From: Alphaproteobacteria bacterium
GTDB taxonomy: Bacteria > Pseudomonadota > Alphaproteobacteria > RF32 > CAG-239
NCBI GenBank assembly: GCA_045578445.1
Contig: JAZNKG010000019.1
Coordinates: 21-64,020, forward strand
Length of the DNA stretch: 64,000 nucleotides
Direction: 5' to 3'
This document shows positions 28,214 through 36,575 of the stretch, piece after piece (position 1 is the stretch's first letter; every line of letters begins with the position of its first letter). Under the pieces are notes generated by a model. It saw nothing but the letters and a program-made list of their open reading frames with translations, searched no databases and was not told where the DNA came from. Both the position numbers and the translations under genes were made by a program.

Positions 28214-28320
28214 ATAAAATTAATATTAACTACATAATAATAAAAAACTTTAAATTTACAAGAGTTTAACGTCTTTAAATCACAACTTTTATATATAAAA
28301 TAAATAGTTATGATTTTAAA

Positions 28321-28905
28321 TTAAAACAACACTTTAGCAGATTTGAATTTTTTTGTTTTTTCATCAAATGTTACACGCAAAACAGAACAATTATCTAATT
28401 TTATAGTCTTTTTTAAGCATGTTTCTGCAAATATTCTAACAAGCATTCCATGTGTAACCAAAAGCACTTTTTCTCTTCCGTCATCAATTAGTTTGTTAAG
28501 CAATTTCATCAAACGTTGTTGAACTTCTCCAATGCTTTCACCATTAGGATACTTAACATCATATCGTTCAGGATTTTTTGTATCGTTAAAAGCAGGGAAA
28601 ATATGCGGAAACTTTGCTTGTAAATCGCTTCCTTTAACACCTTCAGCTTTACCAAAATTCATCTCTCTTAATCTTTTTGTATAGTGAATTGGTAAGTCCA
28701 ATTTAGCGCTAACAATATCACCAGTTTTTCTAGCTCTTTTCAAATCACTAGAATAAATTGTTTCAATATTTTCAACTGCTAATTTTTCTGCTACATCGTG
28801 AGCTTGTTGAAGGCCTTTTTTATTTAAGACAGTGTCAGTAATACCTTGCACGCGTTCTTTAGCGTTCCAATCAGTTTCACCATGTCTTAAAAAATATAAA
28901 ATCAT
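28321..28905 (-). CDS. Histidine phosphatase family protein (phosphoglycerate mutase-like)
   Basis: ILYFLRHGETDWN catalytic RHG motif and a C-terminal THG. Confidence 0.85.
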   Translation of the reverse strand: MILYFLRHGETDWNAKERVQGITDTVLNKKGLQQAHDVAEKLAVENIETIYSSDLKRARKTGDIVSAKLDLPIHYTKRLREMNFGKAEGVKGSDLQAKFPHIFPAFNDTKNPERYDVKYPNGESIGEVQQRLMKLLNKLIDDGREKVLLVTHGMLVRIFAETCLKKTIKLDNCSVLRVTFDEKTKKFKSAKVLF

Positions 28906-29002
28906 TGTTATAAAGCAAGCCTTAGATTATTTAAAATTTATACTACCTTCTAGATAAAGTATATATTAAGCAAAATCAACTACAAAACATTAAATAATCA
29001 CA

Positions 29003-30226
29003 TCAAAGTTCAACTTTTTTCATAACACACATAAAAAAGCCATCAGTCTTTGTTGTTAAAGGTGAAAATTTAAGCCATTTATCACTATCAAAAGGATAGA
29101 TTGGTAAATCCAAAACTTCATTCCAAAGCTCTTTATGATTTATTGGAATAAAATCTTTATGATTATCTAAAAATCTCTCTATTTGCTTTTCATTTTCTTC
29201 TTCAAAAACAGAGCAAGTTATATAAATAAGTCTGCCACCAATACGTGTTTTTTTTGCCCCAATTTCTAAAATATCTGCTTGTGCTTGTTTTATTTCCTCT
29301 AGTTTTTGCGGAGTTAATCTAAACTTTGCATCAGGGCATCTTCTCCAAGTTCCACTTCCAGAACAAGGTGCATCAATTATAAAACGATGAAAGTCATTAT
29401 CAGTCACATCTTTTACTGTTTTGATGTTGATAATATCGAGTCGTTCAGCTCTTTTTTTAATTCTAGACAATCGTTCTTGACTAATATCATGCGCTAAAAT
29501 TAATCCATCATTGTTAAGAATTGCCCCAATACAAAGAGATTTTCCTCCAGCTCCAGCACAATAATCAATAATTTTATGATGAGGTTTTGCTTGGCACAAC
29601 AAGGATATAACTTGAGAGCCTTCATCCATAACTTCAATTTCGCCATCTTGATAAGTCATACAATTATTTAAATTAACTCTGTCTTCAGAACGTAACCCTA
29701 GTGGAGAAAACGGAGTAGGGGAGAAAAATAAACCTTCTTTTTTGAGTCTATTACGAGCAACATCCCTTTCAACAAGGTTGGCTCTAACATCAACAGAAGC
29801 AACAGTATTAAGCGCATCTAATAATTTTTTGTTACTGAATTTATTAAATAACCATTGCGGACATTCGTATAGTGCAAAATCAGTAAAATCTTCAAAATCA
29901 GAGGCTTTATCTAAAATGTTTTTTTCCTCTTTAGACAGTAGTTCTGGAGCATATTCTTCACCATTAAAAAGCAATTCTAAATCATTTTCAATAAAAGCAC
30001 AAGCAACCAATAACCTAGCAGACACATTATTTTGAAGCATTTCTGTATATCTCAAACGGTTACGAATTATATTCCATGTATTATCACTAATAAATCGTCT
30101 GTCTTTAGAACCGATATATCTGCGTTCTTTAAAATATTTATCCAAAATAACATCGGCAGGCAATTTATCTTTAATAATTTCATTAATAACTTCAATAATT
30201 GCCTGAATTCTACTAGCTTCTCTCAT
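29003..30226 (-). CDS. RsmB/Sun (NOL1/NOP2) family RNA cytosine-C5 methyltransferase
   Basis: SAM motif DYCAGAGGKS and catalytic DAPCSGSGTWRR and TCS motifs. The exact rRNA target is not assignable from sequence. Confidence 0.85.
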   Translation of the reverse strand: MREASRIQAIIEVINEIIKDKLPADVILDKYFKERRYIGSKDRRFISDNTWNIIRNRLRYTEMLQNNVSARLLVACAFIENDLELLFNGEEYAPELLSKEEKNILDKASDFEDFTDFALYECPQWLFNKFSNKKLLDALNTVASVDVRANLVERDVARNRLKKEGLFFSPTPFSPLGLRSEDRVNLNNCMTYQDGEIEVMDEGSQVISLLCQAKPHHKIIDYCAGAGGKSLCIGAILNNDGLILAHDISQERLSRIKKRAERLDIINIKTVKDVTDNDFHRFIIDAPCSGSGTWRRCPDAKFRLTPQKLEEIKQAQADILEIGAKKTRIGGRLIYITCSVFEEENEKQIERFLDNHKDFIPINHKELWNEVLDLPIYPFDSDKWLKFSPLTTKTDGFFMCVMKKVEL

Positions 30227-30391
30227 CTGTCCTCTTATTCAAATAGGTTATTTTTAATCTTCTATACTTCATTTTATACTATTTTCAAGCAAAGATTCAA
30301 AGCTTACCCCAAGAGATATAATTTTTTTATTGCCAAAATATAAAAAATATGATACAAGCCTCACGAATATTAACAATTAGAAAGATTAGAA

Positions 30392-31606
30392 ATGGAAAAA
30401 ATACTGGTTTTAAATTCCGGTTCAACAACCGTAAAATTCCAGCTTTTTCAAATGAATAGAGAAAGTTGTTTGGTAATAGCTCAAGGTGTGGCAGAACGCA
30501 TTGGTTTAGAAGGTTCAAAAGTTACAATAAAGGCTGAAAAAAAAGACGATTATATTTTAGAAAATCACTTATCTGACCACAAAGATGCAATAAAAGCAAT
30601 TTTAGATTATTTGCTAAAAGAAGTATTAAAAGATGCCTCAGAGTTATCTGCCGTTGGTCACAGAATGGGACACGGTGGTGAGTATTTTGATAAATCTGTA
30701 GTAATTGATGATGATGTTATGCAAAAGATTTATGATACAGTACCATTGTTGCCATTACATGGACCAGCATTTGTACACGGTCTAGAAGCTATTTTAGACT
30801 TGTTACCAAATGTGTTACAAGTAGCAACTTTTGATACCGCATACCACCAAAGTATGGAAAAACCAGCCTATACCTATGCAATACCTCAAGAATATTATAA
30901 AAATGATGGTATTCGTCGTTATGGTTTTCATGGAACATCACATAATTACATAGCACAAACAACAGAAGCTCTATTAGGTAAAAAGGGCAAATTTATTTGT
31001 TGCCATTTAGGTGGTGGCTCTTCAATAACAGCTATCGATAATGGTAAAAGTGTTGATACAACAATGGGGTACACTCCATTTGCAGGAATTATGATGTCAA
31101 CTCGCTCAGGCGATATGGATCCTTACATTCCACTTCATATTATGAAAACACAAAATCTAACCCCAGACGAAGTAAATCTTATGTTTAATAAACAAAGTGG
31201 CTTGTATGCACTATCTAAAGGCCATTACGATATGCGTGATTTAACTCAACGTGCAGCAGATGGTGATGAAGATTGTAAATTTGCAATAAACGCATTTGTT
31301 TATAATATAATGAAATATATTGGCGCATATGTTGCAGTATTAGGTGGATTAGATACATTAATTTTTACCGCAGGAATTGGTGAAAATAACTCTCAGATTC
31401 GTAAAATGTTGTGTGAAAAATTGAGTTACCTTGGTATTGAATTGGATGAAAATGCTAACTCGATTCGTCCAGCGCCGCAAATTATTAGCACTCCAAATAG
31501 TAAAGTAAAAGTAATGGTTATTCCAGCAGCTGAAGAGCTTATGATAGCTAAAGAAACCTTTGAGTTGCTAGAAGAAGCAAGAAAACAAGAACAAATAGCT
31601 GTATAG
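30392..31606 (+). CDS. ackA: Acetate kinase
   Basis: ILVLNSGSTTVKFQLF, GFHGTSH and FTAGIGEN motifs. Confidence 0.95.
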   Translation: MEKILVLNSGSTTVKFQLFQMNRESCLVIAQGVAERIGLEGSKVTIKAEKKDDYILENHLSDHKDAIKAILDYLLKEVLKDASELSAVGHRMGHGGEYFDKSVVIDDDVMQKIYDTVPLLPLHGPAFVHGLEAILDLLPNVLQVATFDTAYHQSMEKPAYTYAIPQEYYKNDGIRRYGFHGTSHNYIAQTTEALLGKKGKFICCHLGGGSSITAIDNGKSVDTTMGYTPFAGIMMSTRSGDMDPYIPLHIMKTQNLTPDEVNLMFNKQSGLYALSKGHYDMRDLTQRAADGDEDCKFAINAFVYNIMKYIGAYVAVLGGLDTLIFTAGIGENNSQIRKMLCEKLSYLGIELDENANSIRPAPQIISTPNSKVKVMVIPAAEELMIAKETFELLEEARKQEQIAV

Positions 31607-31625
31607 CATTATAAATTTGTTTGAT

Positions 31626-31655
31626 GAGAGCCACATATTGTGGCTCATTTTTTTG
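31626..31655 (+). terminator. Rho-independent terminator after ackA
   Basis: Stem GAGCCAC/GTGGCTC followed by a T-run. Confidence 0.75.
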
Positions 31656-31723
31656 CATTAAACAAAATTTAATAAAATGTATGTTAAACAATCATAAGAA
31701 TAAATTTTATGAGGTGTTATATC

Positions 31724-32752
31724 ATGAAAAAGAGTGCGTTACTACTATCTTGTTCGTTTTTATTTATGGCTCAAGCTTATGCAATAGATGCTACAACAGA
31801 TGAAGCATCTGATCATCTAAAGTTGATAAAAGATGCCTATACCAAAAAATTTGAGCAAATGGATGCTGATAAAAATGGTGTCGTTGATGAAAATGAGTAT
31901 TTAAAACATCAATTTGAAGTAATGCGAGAAGTAGTATTAACAACATCTGGTTTTGAAGATATAAAAGAAACTCCAGCACCTCAAAAAATAGAAGTTGAAG
32001 AAGAAAATATTGCTATCGAAGAAGTAGATGATAATTCAACTCCAACAGTAACTTCAGAAAAGCCTAAAACATTGGATGATTTTTCAGCAACTTTAGAAGA
32101 AATGGCAACATTTGACTTAGATTTTGAAGAAGAATTATCTGTAGAACAAGATAAAAAACGCTTAACTAAAGAAGATGTTATGCCTGATTTATCAGAGCCA
32201 GCCAAAGAGGATGAAATAGAAGAATATGAAGAAGAAACTTTGGAAGATGCTTCTGATAGTATAGATGAATTATTAGAAGAAGATAAAGAAATAGAAGATC
32301 TGATTGCTAAAACGGCAAAGCAAATAGAAGAAGCTAAAAGTTTATCTAATTCCACACCAGATTCATCAATAAACATAAATAAAGAAGAGGTAAAGGTTGT
32401 AGCTAAAGAGCCAACAAAAGAAGATAAAATAAATAAGTTGCTCGAAGATAGCAGAAAGAATTTGCCACAAAAAATTGATGAAATAACAACCTGTACAGAT
32501 ATTTTTTATAAAAACGATATGATCGTATACAATTATAGTGTTAACATGGATGTTAGTGCATTCTCAAAGGATGAACTAGCATTATTGCAAAGTCATATAA
32601 AAACAGAAGCATGTCTTCCAATTTATAAAGAAAAATGTCCAGAGATTGCACCAGTATTTATAAATGATGGTACAAATGTAAAAATTCAATACATAGATAA
32701 AAATGGTAAGGAGATAAGCTATTGTGAGCTGAATAAAACAACTTGCCAATAA
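31724..32752 (+). CDS. Secreted acidic protein with one canonical EF-hand and a Cys-containing C-terminal domain
   Basis: The ATG at 31724 lies 7 nt after GAGGTG. Signal peptide MKKSALLLSCSFLFMAQAYA. EF-hand loop DADKNGVVDENE (nt 31862-31897). About 150 aa is D/E-rich. Confidence 0.65.
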   Translation: MKKSALLLSCSFLFMAQAYAIDATTDEASDHLKLIKDAYTKKFEQMDADKNGVVDENEYLKHQFEVMREVVLTTSGFEDIKETPAPQKIEVEEENIAIEEVDDNSTPTVTSEKPKTLDDFSATLEEMATFDLDFEEELSVEQDKKRLTKEDVMPDLSEPAKEDEIEEYEEETLEDASDSIDELLEEDKEIEDLIAKTAKQIEEAKSLSNSTPDSSININKEEVKVVAKEPTKEDKINKLLEDSRKNLPQKIDEITTCTDIFYKNDMIVYNYSVNMDVSAFSKDELALLQSHIKTEACLPIYKEKCPEIAPVFINDGTNVKIQYIDKNGKEISYCELNKTTCQ

Positions 32753-32756
32753 AAGA

Positions 32757-32788
32757 TTAAAGGCTGTGCTAATAACACAGCCTTAATT
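32757..32788. terminator. Bidirectional rho-independent terminator
   Basis: Stem AGGCTGTG/CACAGCCT between convergent genes. Confidence 0.75.
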
Positions 32789-33937
32789 TTATCCTAAGTG
32801 AATAATGTTTTTACCAAATTTTTCTTCTAACTTATCAAGAACTTTACCAATTCTCTCATCTGTTTTTTTACCTTTATTAAACAAATCCATTTGTTCGTCG
32901 TCAGAGTATGTAAGGTTTGCTAATGTAATTCCCACACTCCGCCATATAATAAAAGGAGAAAACATCTTATTTAAAAGCATTAATGCAGGAGGGGTAATTT
33001 CTTTTTCTTGATTAGTAGGGAAATCCAATTTAATACGCTCTGTCATAACTTCAAAATTTTTTGTTCTAAGCATAACTTCAATAGTAGTAGCTCTTGCTCC
33101 TTCACTACGAGCTTTTTTGCAAGCATTATGAATATGTTTATACAAATCAGTTTTTAACACATCAATGTTTGTGCTAAATTCTTTTAATGCAGATGTTTGT
33201 TGAATAGAGGAGGGAGCTTTAGCATCTTTTTCCACTTTAAATAAAGCGTTACCTGTTAATTCAGCTTTTAAATCACTTCCATGCTTACCAAAGTTTACTT
33301 TAATCCAATAGTCAGGACGTGAAACAAAATCAAGTGCTGTAAAAATACATTCTTCCCGCATCTTAACTAATAATTTTTTACCAATTCCTGAAACATCTTC
33401 AATTTTAGTCTGAGCTAAAATCTTATTTCTTTCAGCGCTACCAATAGCAAATATCCCCCCATTACTTTTTGCCTTATCACTAGCAAGCTTAGCTAATATT
33501 TTAGTTGATGAAATTCCAATAGAAAGAGGTATATGTAGTTTATTCCACATATGTTCTCTAATTTGCTTTGCAGTTTTTATATAATTTCTTCCATACATCA
33601 AACGCGTACTAGTTAAGTCGATAAAAGCTTCATCAACCGAACATACTTCAACTTCAGGAGTAAAAGATTTTAGCTCATTCATTACTTTATGAGATGTACT
33701 TTTATATAAATCATGATTAGCCCTAACATATAATATTTCAGGCAATCTCTTTTTTGCCATAAAGTAAGGCTCACCCATCTTAAGTCCAAGTAATTTAGCC
33801 TCTTTAGAGCGAGAAACAACACAGCCATCATTATTAGATAAAACAGCCACAGGTATACCTTCAAGCTTTCGATTAAAAGCTCTTTCTGCCGAAACAAAAA
33901 AACAATCACAATCAGCTAAAGCAATATATCTTTTCAT
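32789..33937 (-). CDS. Y-family translesion DNA polymerase (UmuC/DinB-like)
   Basis: The N-terminal ALADCDCFFVSAE and SVDEAFIDLT catalytic acidic motifs are intact, and an SOS box lies upstream. The N-terminus looks more UmuC-like than DinB-like. Confidence 0.85.
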   Translation of the reverse strand: MKRYIALADCDCFFVSAERAFNRKLEGIPVAVLSNNDGCVVSRSKEAKLLGLKMGEPYFMAKKRLPEILYVRANHDLYKSTSHKVMNELKSFTPEVEVCSVDEAFIDLTSTRLMYGRNYIKTAKQIREHMWNKLHIPLSIGISSTKILAKLASDKAKSNGGIFAIGSAERNKILAQTKIEDVSGIGKKLLVKMREECIFTALDFVSRPDYWIKVNFGKHGSDLKAELTGNALFKVEKDAKAPSSIQQTSALKEFSTNIDVLKTDLYKHIHNACKKARSEGARATTIEVMLRTKNFEVMTERIKLDFPTNQEKEITPPALMLLNKMFSPFIIWRSVGITLANLTYSDDEQMDLFNKGKKTDERIGKVLDKLEEKFGKNIIHLG

Positions 33938-33990
33938 TTTATCCTCTCATCAACATAAAATACTATATAACAAAATGAGTCAATATATCT

Positions 33991-34005
33991 GTTCTGTTTA
34001 TGTTC
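33991..34005 (-). promoter_or_regulatory. Alphaproteobacterial SOS box upstream of the Y-family polymerase
   Basis: The plus strand reads GTTC-tgtttat-GTTC, which is GAAC-N7-GAAC on the gene's strand. It lies 53 nt upstream of the start codon. Confidence 0.7.
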
Positions 34006-34051
34006 TATTAATCCACAAAAAAAAGACACCCTAAAAAGAGTGTCTAAAAAT

Positions 34052-34909
34052 CTAACGATGGAAAATCTTGTACCCACGCTCTTCGTCATAAACAAACTCT
34101 CTATACTGTTTGTCATAGCGAACAGAAAACTTCGGAGTCTTAACAGTGTAAAGTTTGTAATAACTAGTAAAAGGAATAAGTGCCAAAAGCTGATATTTGT
34201 TCTCATTTTTTACCAACAGATATGTTGTAAAATCATTTGTATCAGGAGAAAAAGTAAGCTTTGGATTACTATATTCATAAAATCCTGAAGAACGAGGATT
34301 AATCCAAAAATTTGGACTATCTATAATCTTATCTCCAGATATTGAAATAATATCATTTTCCGAAAAAAGATTAACAATAGTTTTATCCTTATTTTCAATC
34401 ACAAACTTTTTAGGGCGCGAATTACCAAGTTTAGGAAATGGAAATCCTACCTCCATACCTTCTGGGTAGTTTACACCATAAGCCGTCCAAAAATTTCCCT
34501 CATCAGAGGTTAAGAAAAAGCCTTTTTCTGTGAGATGACAGTGAGCCTCATTTACCTCCTTTGATTTTATCACAACAACAGGTTTTTTCTTTTCTTCAAC
34601 CGTAATAATTCGGATAAAGGCTCTCTCTTTCATCTTAAAAAACAGCCCCTTAAATCCAACATTAAATACAAGTACATACATCTTTTTGATTTTGTACTTA
34701 GAGTAAAACTCAAAACATTTTGTTGGTTCAACTGTAAGTAAGATAAGTAGAACTACAAAGCAAATAGCCGTAGCACTTAAGAGATACCAAAAACCTAGTA
34801 TCGCAAATACAATCATCATAAGTAATAGCGGGATAAGAGCCACCAATCTACTTAGTAAAATTTTAGGGCAAAATAATGCGCCTAACCAAAATAATTTAGA
34901 TTTGAACAT
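34052..34909 (-). CDS. Membrane-anchored hypothetical protein (285 aa)
   Basis: Three N-terminal hydrophobic helices followed by a soluble domain. No family recognised. Confidence 0.6.
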   Translation of the reverse strand: MFKSKLFWLGALFCPKILLSRLVALIPLLLMMIVFAILGFWYLLSATAICFVVLLILLTVEPTKCFEFYSKYKIKKMYVLVFNVGFKGLFFKMKERAFIRIITVEEKKKPVVVIKSKEVNEAHCHLTEKGFFLTSDEGNFWTAYGVNYPEGMEVGFPFPKLGNSRPKKFVIENKDKTIVNLFSENDIISISGDKIIDSPNFWINPRSSGFYEYSNPKLTFSPDTNDFTTYLLVKNENKYQLLALIPFTSYYKLYTVKTPKFSVRYDKQYREFVYDEERGYKIFHR

Positions 34910-34999
34910 AAAAGTATAGTTTAGTTAATAATTTATTCAGCAAATATATCTTAATATACCCAATATAAAATGCAAGCTATTTATTAAAGGAGAAAAGAT

Positions 35000-35509
35000 A
35001 TGGAACGTGTTGCCGAGTTTGAAAAGGTAAGTTTTGAACAGTTTAAGAGTGCGTGGTTAGATATATTTTTAGACAGCGATGAAGAAATAAGATATGTATA
35101 TGATAACATAAAGCTTCCAGCACGCGCAACATCAGGCTCAGCTGGATACGACTTCTTTATGCCAATAAATATGAACTTAGCTCCAGGCGAAACATTTTTA
35201 ATTCCAACAGGTATTAGAGTAAAGATAGATGAGGGATGGTTTTTGTCAGTATACCCTAAATCAGGACTAGGATTTAAATATCGTCTCCAATTAGATAATA
35301 CAATAGGGGTTATCGATAGTGATTATTATTACTCAGATAATGAAGGTCATATGTATGTAAAAATGACCAACAGTTGCACCAATAATAAAACAATAGAATT
35401 ACAATCAGGTGCAAGCTTTTGCCAAGGAATCTTTTTGCCATACGGTATAACACACTCGGATAATGCAACGGGTGTCCGTAATGGTGGTTTCGGTTCAACC
35501 TCCAAATAA
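35000..35509 (+). CDS. dUTP diphosphatase (trimeric dUTPase family, YncF/phage-like long form)
   Basis: Motifs SAGYDFFMP, GVIDSDYY and C-terminal RNGGFGSTS. Confidence 0.85.
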   Translation: MERVAEFEKVSFEQFKSAWLDIFLDSDEEIRYVYDNIKLPARATSGSAGYDFFMPINMNLAPGETFLIPTGIRVKIDEGWFLSVYPKSGLGFKYRLQLDNTIGVIDSDYYYSDNEGHMYVKMTNSCTNNKTIELQSGASFCQGIFLPYGITHSDNATGVRNGGFGSTSK

Positions 35510-35542
35510 AAAAAGGAGAGGGTAAAACCTCTCCTTAATTTT
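35510..35542. terminator. Bidirectional rho-independent terminator
   Basis: Stem AAGGAGAGG/CCTCTCCTT between convergent genes. Confidence 0.8.
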
Positions 35543-36365
35543 AGCTTAAGTACTTACTCTTCTTTGGAATGAAGTGGATGATGTTAGGTTTGTTTTTGTC
35601 TGGTACAAAGGTTGCATCAAATTCGGATAATTGGAAGAATTTTCCTCTTTCTTTTTCATACTTGAGTACAAACTTTGAATCGCCAATAGAAACTTTACTG
35701 TCAAGATTAACAGGAAATTCATGCAAATCGCTAGGTTCGTAACCTTCCAATTTGTTCACGTCTTCATAAGATACAGGTATCCATTGAACGCTTTCAGGTG
35801 TATCCTTAAAGACAATTGACCAGCATGTGCAGATAGGACCTTTGGTAAACGGGCTGTAAAGTTCAACAGGATAGATATCCTTAACTTCCATTCCCTGCGC
35901 CTCCATAATCGCAACTGCTTTTTCCTCAGATAGAACACTCCGAATACGCCTTATTGCAATTTCAGAGGTAGACGTAATAATTGGCTCATACAAGCCATCC
36001 TCACGAACCATAATAAAATCACCAGCGAAATCAAATTCAGGGGAAGAAATCAGAGGAATAAGCTCTGCATCTTTCTTAAAGACAGGCGATAGAGCCATCT
36101 TAAAATTGATTCCGGTAACTTCATCGGGGTTTTCTTTCAACTCGTTGAGTTTGCTTTCTTCATCCGTAAAGATAAAAATCCAAACTAAAACATCGTCATA
36201 TTGAGGATGATTGACATTAAAGAAACCCAAAATGACAACGCCATCACATCCAACACTTTCAGAAAAGACATTATATGCTTCTGCTGAATCTTTGAATGAA
36301 AGTAGCTCAACATCATCAAAATATTCCCAAGTATTAGGAATATTTCCTGAAGCTTTTTGTTTCAT
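35541..36365 (-). CDS. Hypothetical protein (274 aa), G+C-richer than surroundings
   Basis: Uninterrupted ORF with no signal peptide and no motif recognised. One hand-counted 60-nt line is about 45% G+C. Confidence 0.6.
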   Translation of the reverse strand: MKQKASGNIPNTWEYFDDVELLSFKDSAEAYNVFSESVGCDGVVILGFFNVNHPQYDDVLVWIFIFTDEESKLNELKENPDEVTGINFKMALSPVFKKDAELIPLISSPEFDFAGDFIMVREDGLYEPIITSTSEIAIRRIRSVLSEEKAVAIMEAQGMEVKDIYPVELYSPFTKGPICTCWSIVFKDTPESVQWIPVSYEDVNKLEGYEPSDLHEFPVNLDSKVSIGDSKFVLKYEKERGKFFQLSEFDATFVPDKNKPNIIHFIPKKSKYLS

Positions 36366-36514
36366 AGAATAAAAATATTAATTAAAACATAAAAATATTC
36401 GATTGTCATATAAAATGACTAATTTGACAAAAAAAGTCAAGCTATTTTTAATTATGAACAAAATTTTTGATTATCCAATTTTTAACTACTGTCATTTTAC
36501 AATATAAAAAAATG

Positions 36515-36543
36515 TTGCAAGGGGTAAAAAATTATGATACAAT
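36515..36543 (+). promoter_or_regulatory. Sigma-70-type promoter candidate for the vWA gene
   Basis: TTGCAA (36515-36520), 17-nt spacer, TACAAT (36538-36543) preceded by TG-A (extended -10-like). Confidence 0.5.
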
Positions 36544-36575
36544 ACCCGTATATGTAGGAAAAAAGGAGAATAATT

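Noticed and set aside
33934-34206. 90-aa ORF spanning the polymerase upstream region and the SOS box.
   Set aside because: It overlaps the 3' end of the 285-aa gene and the operator/promoter region. It has no RBS or motif, so the region is better explained as regulatory.
32789-36365. Prophage call for the dUTPase / Y-family polymerase region.
   Set aside because: No integrase, capsid, terminase, tail or repressor genes and no flanking direct repeats are visible. At most this is a remnant, and it is reported only as a low-confidence finding.
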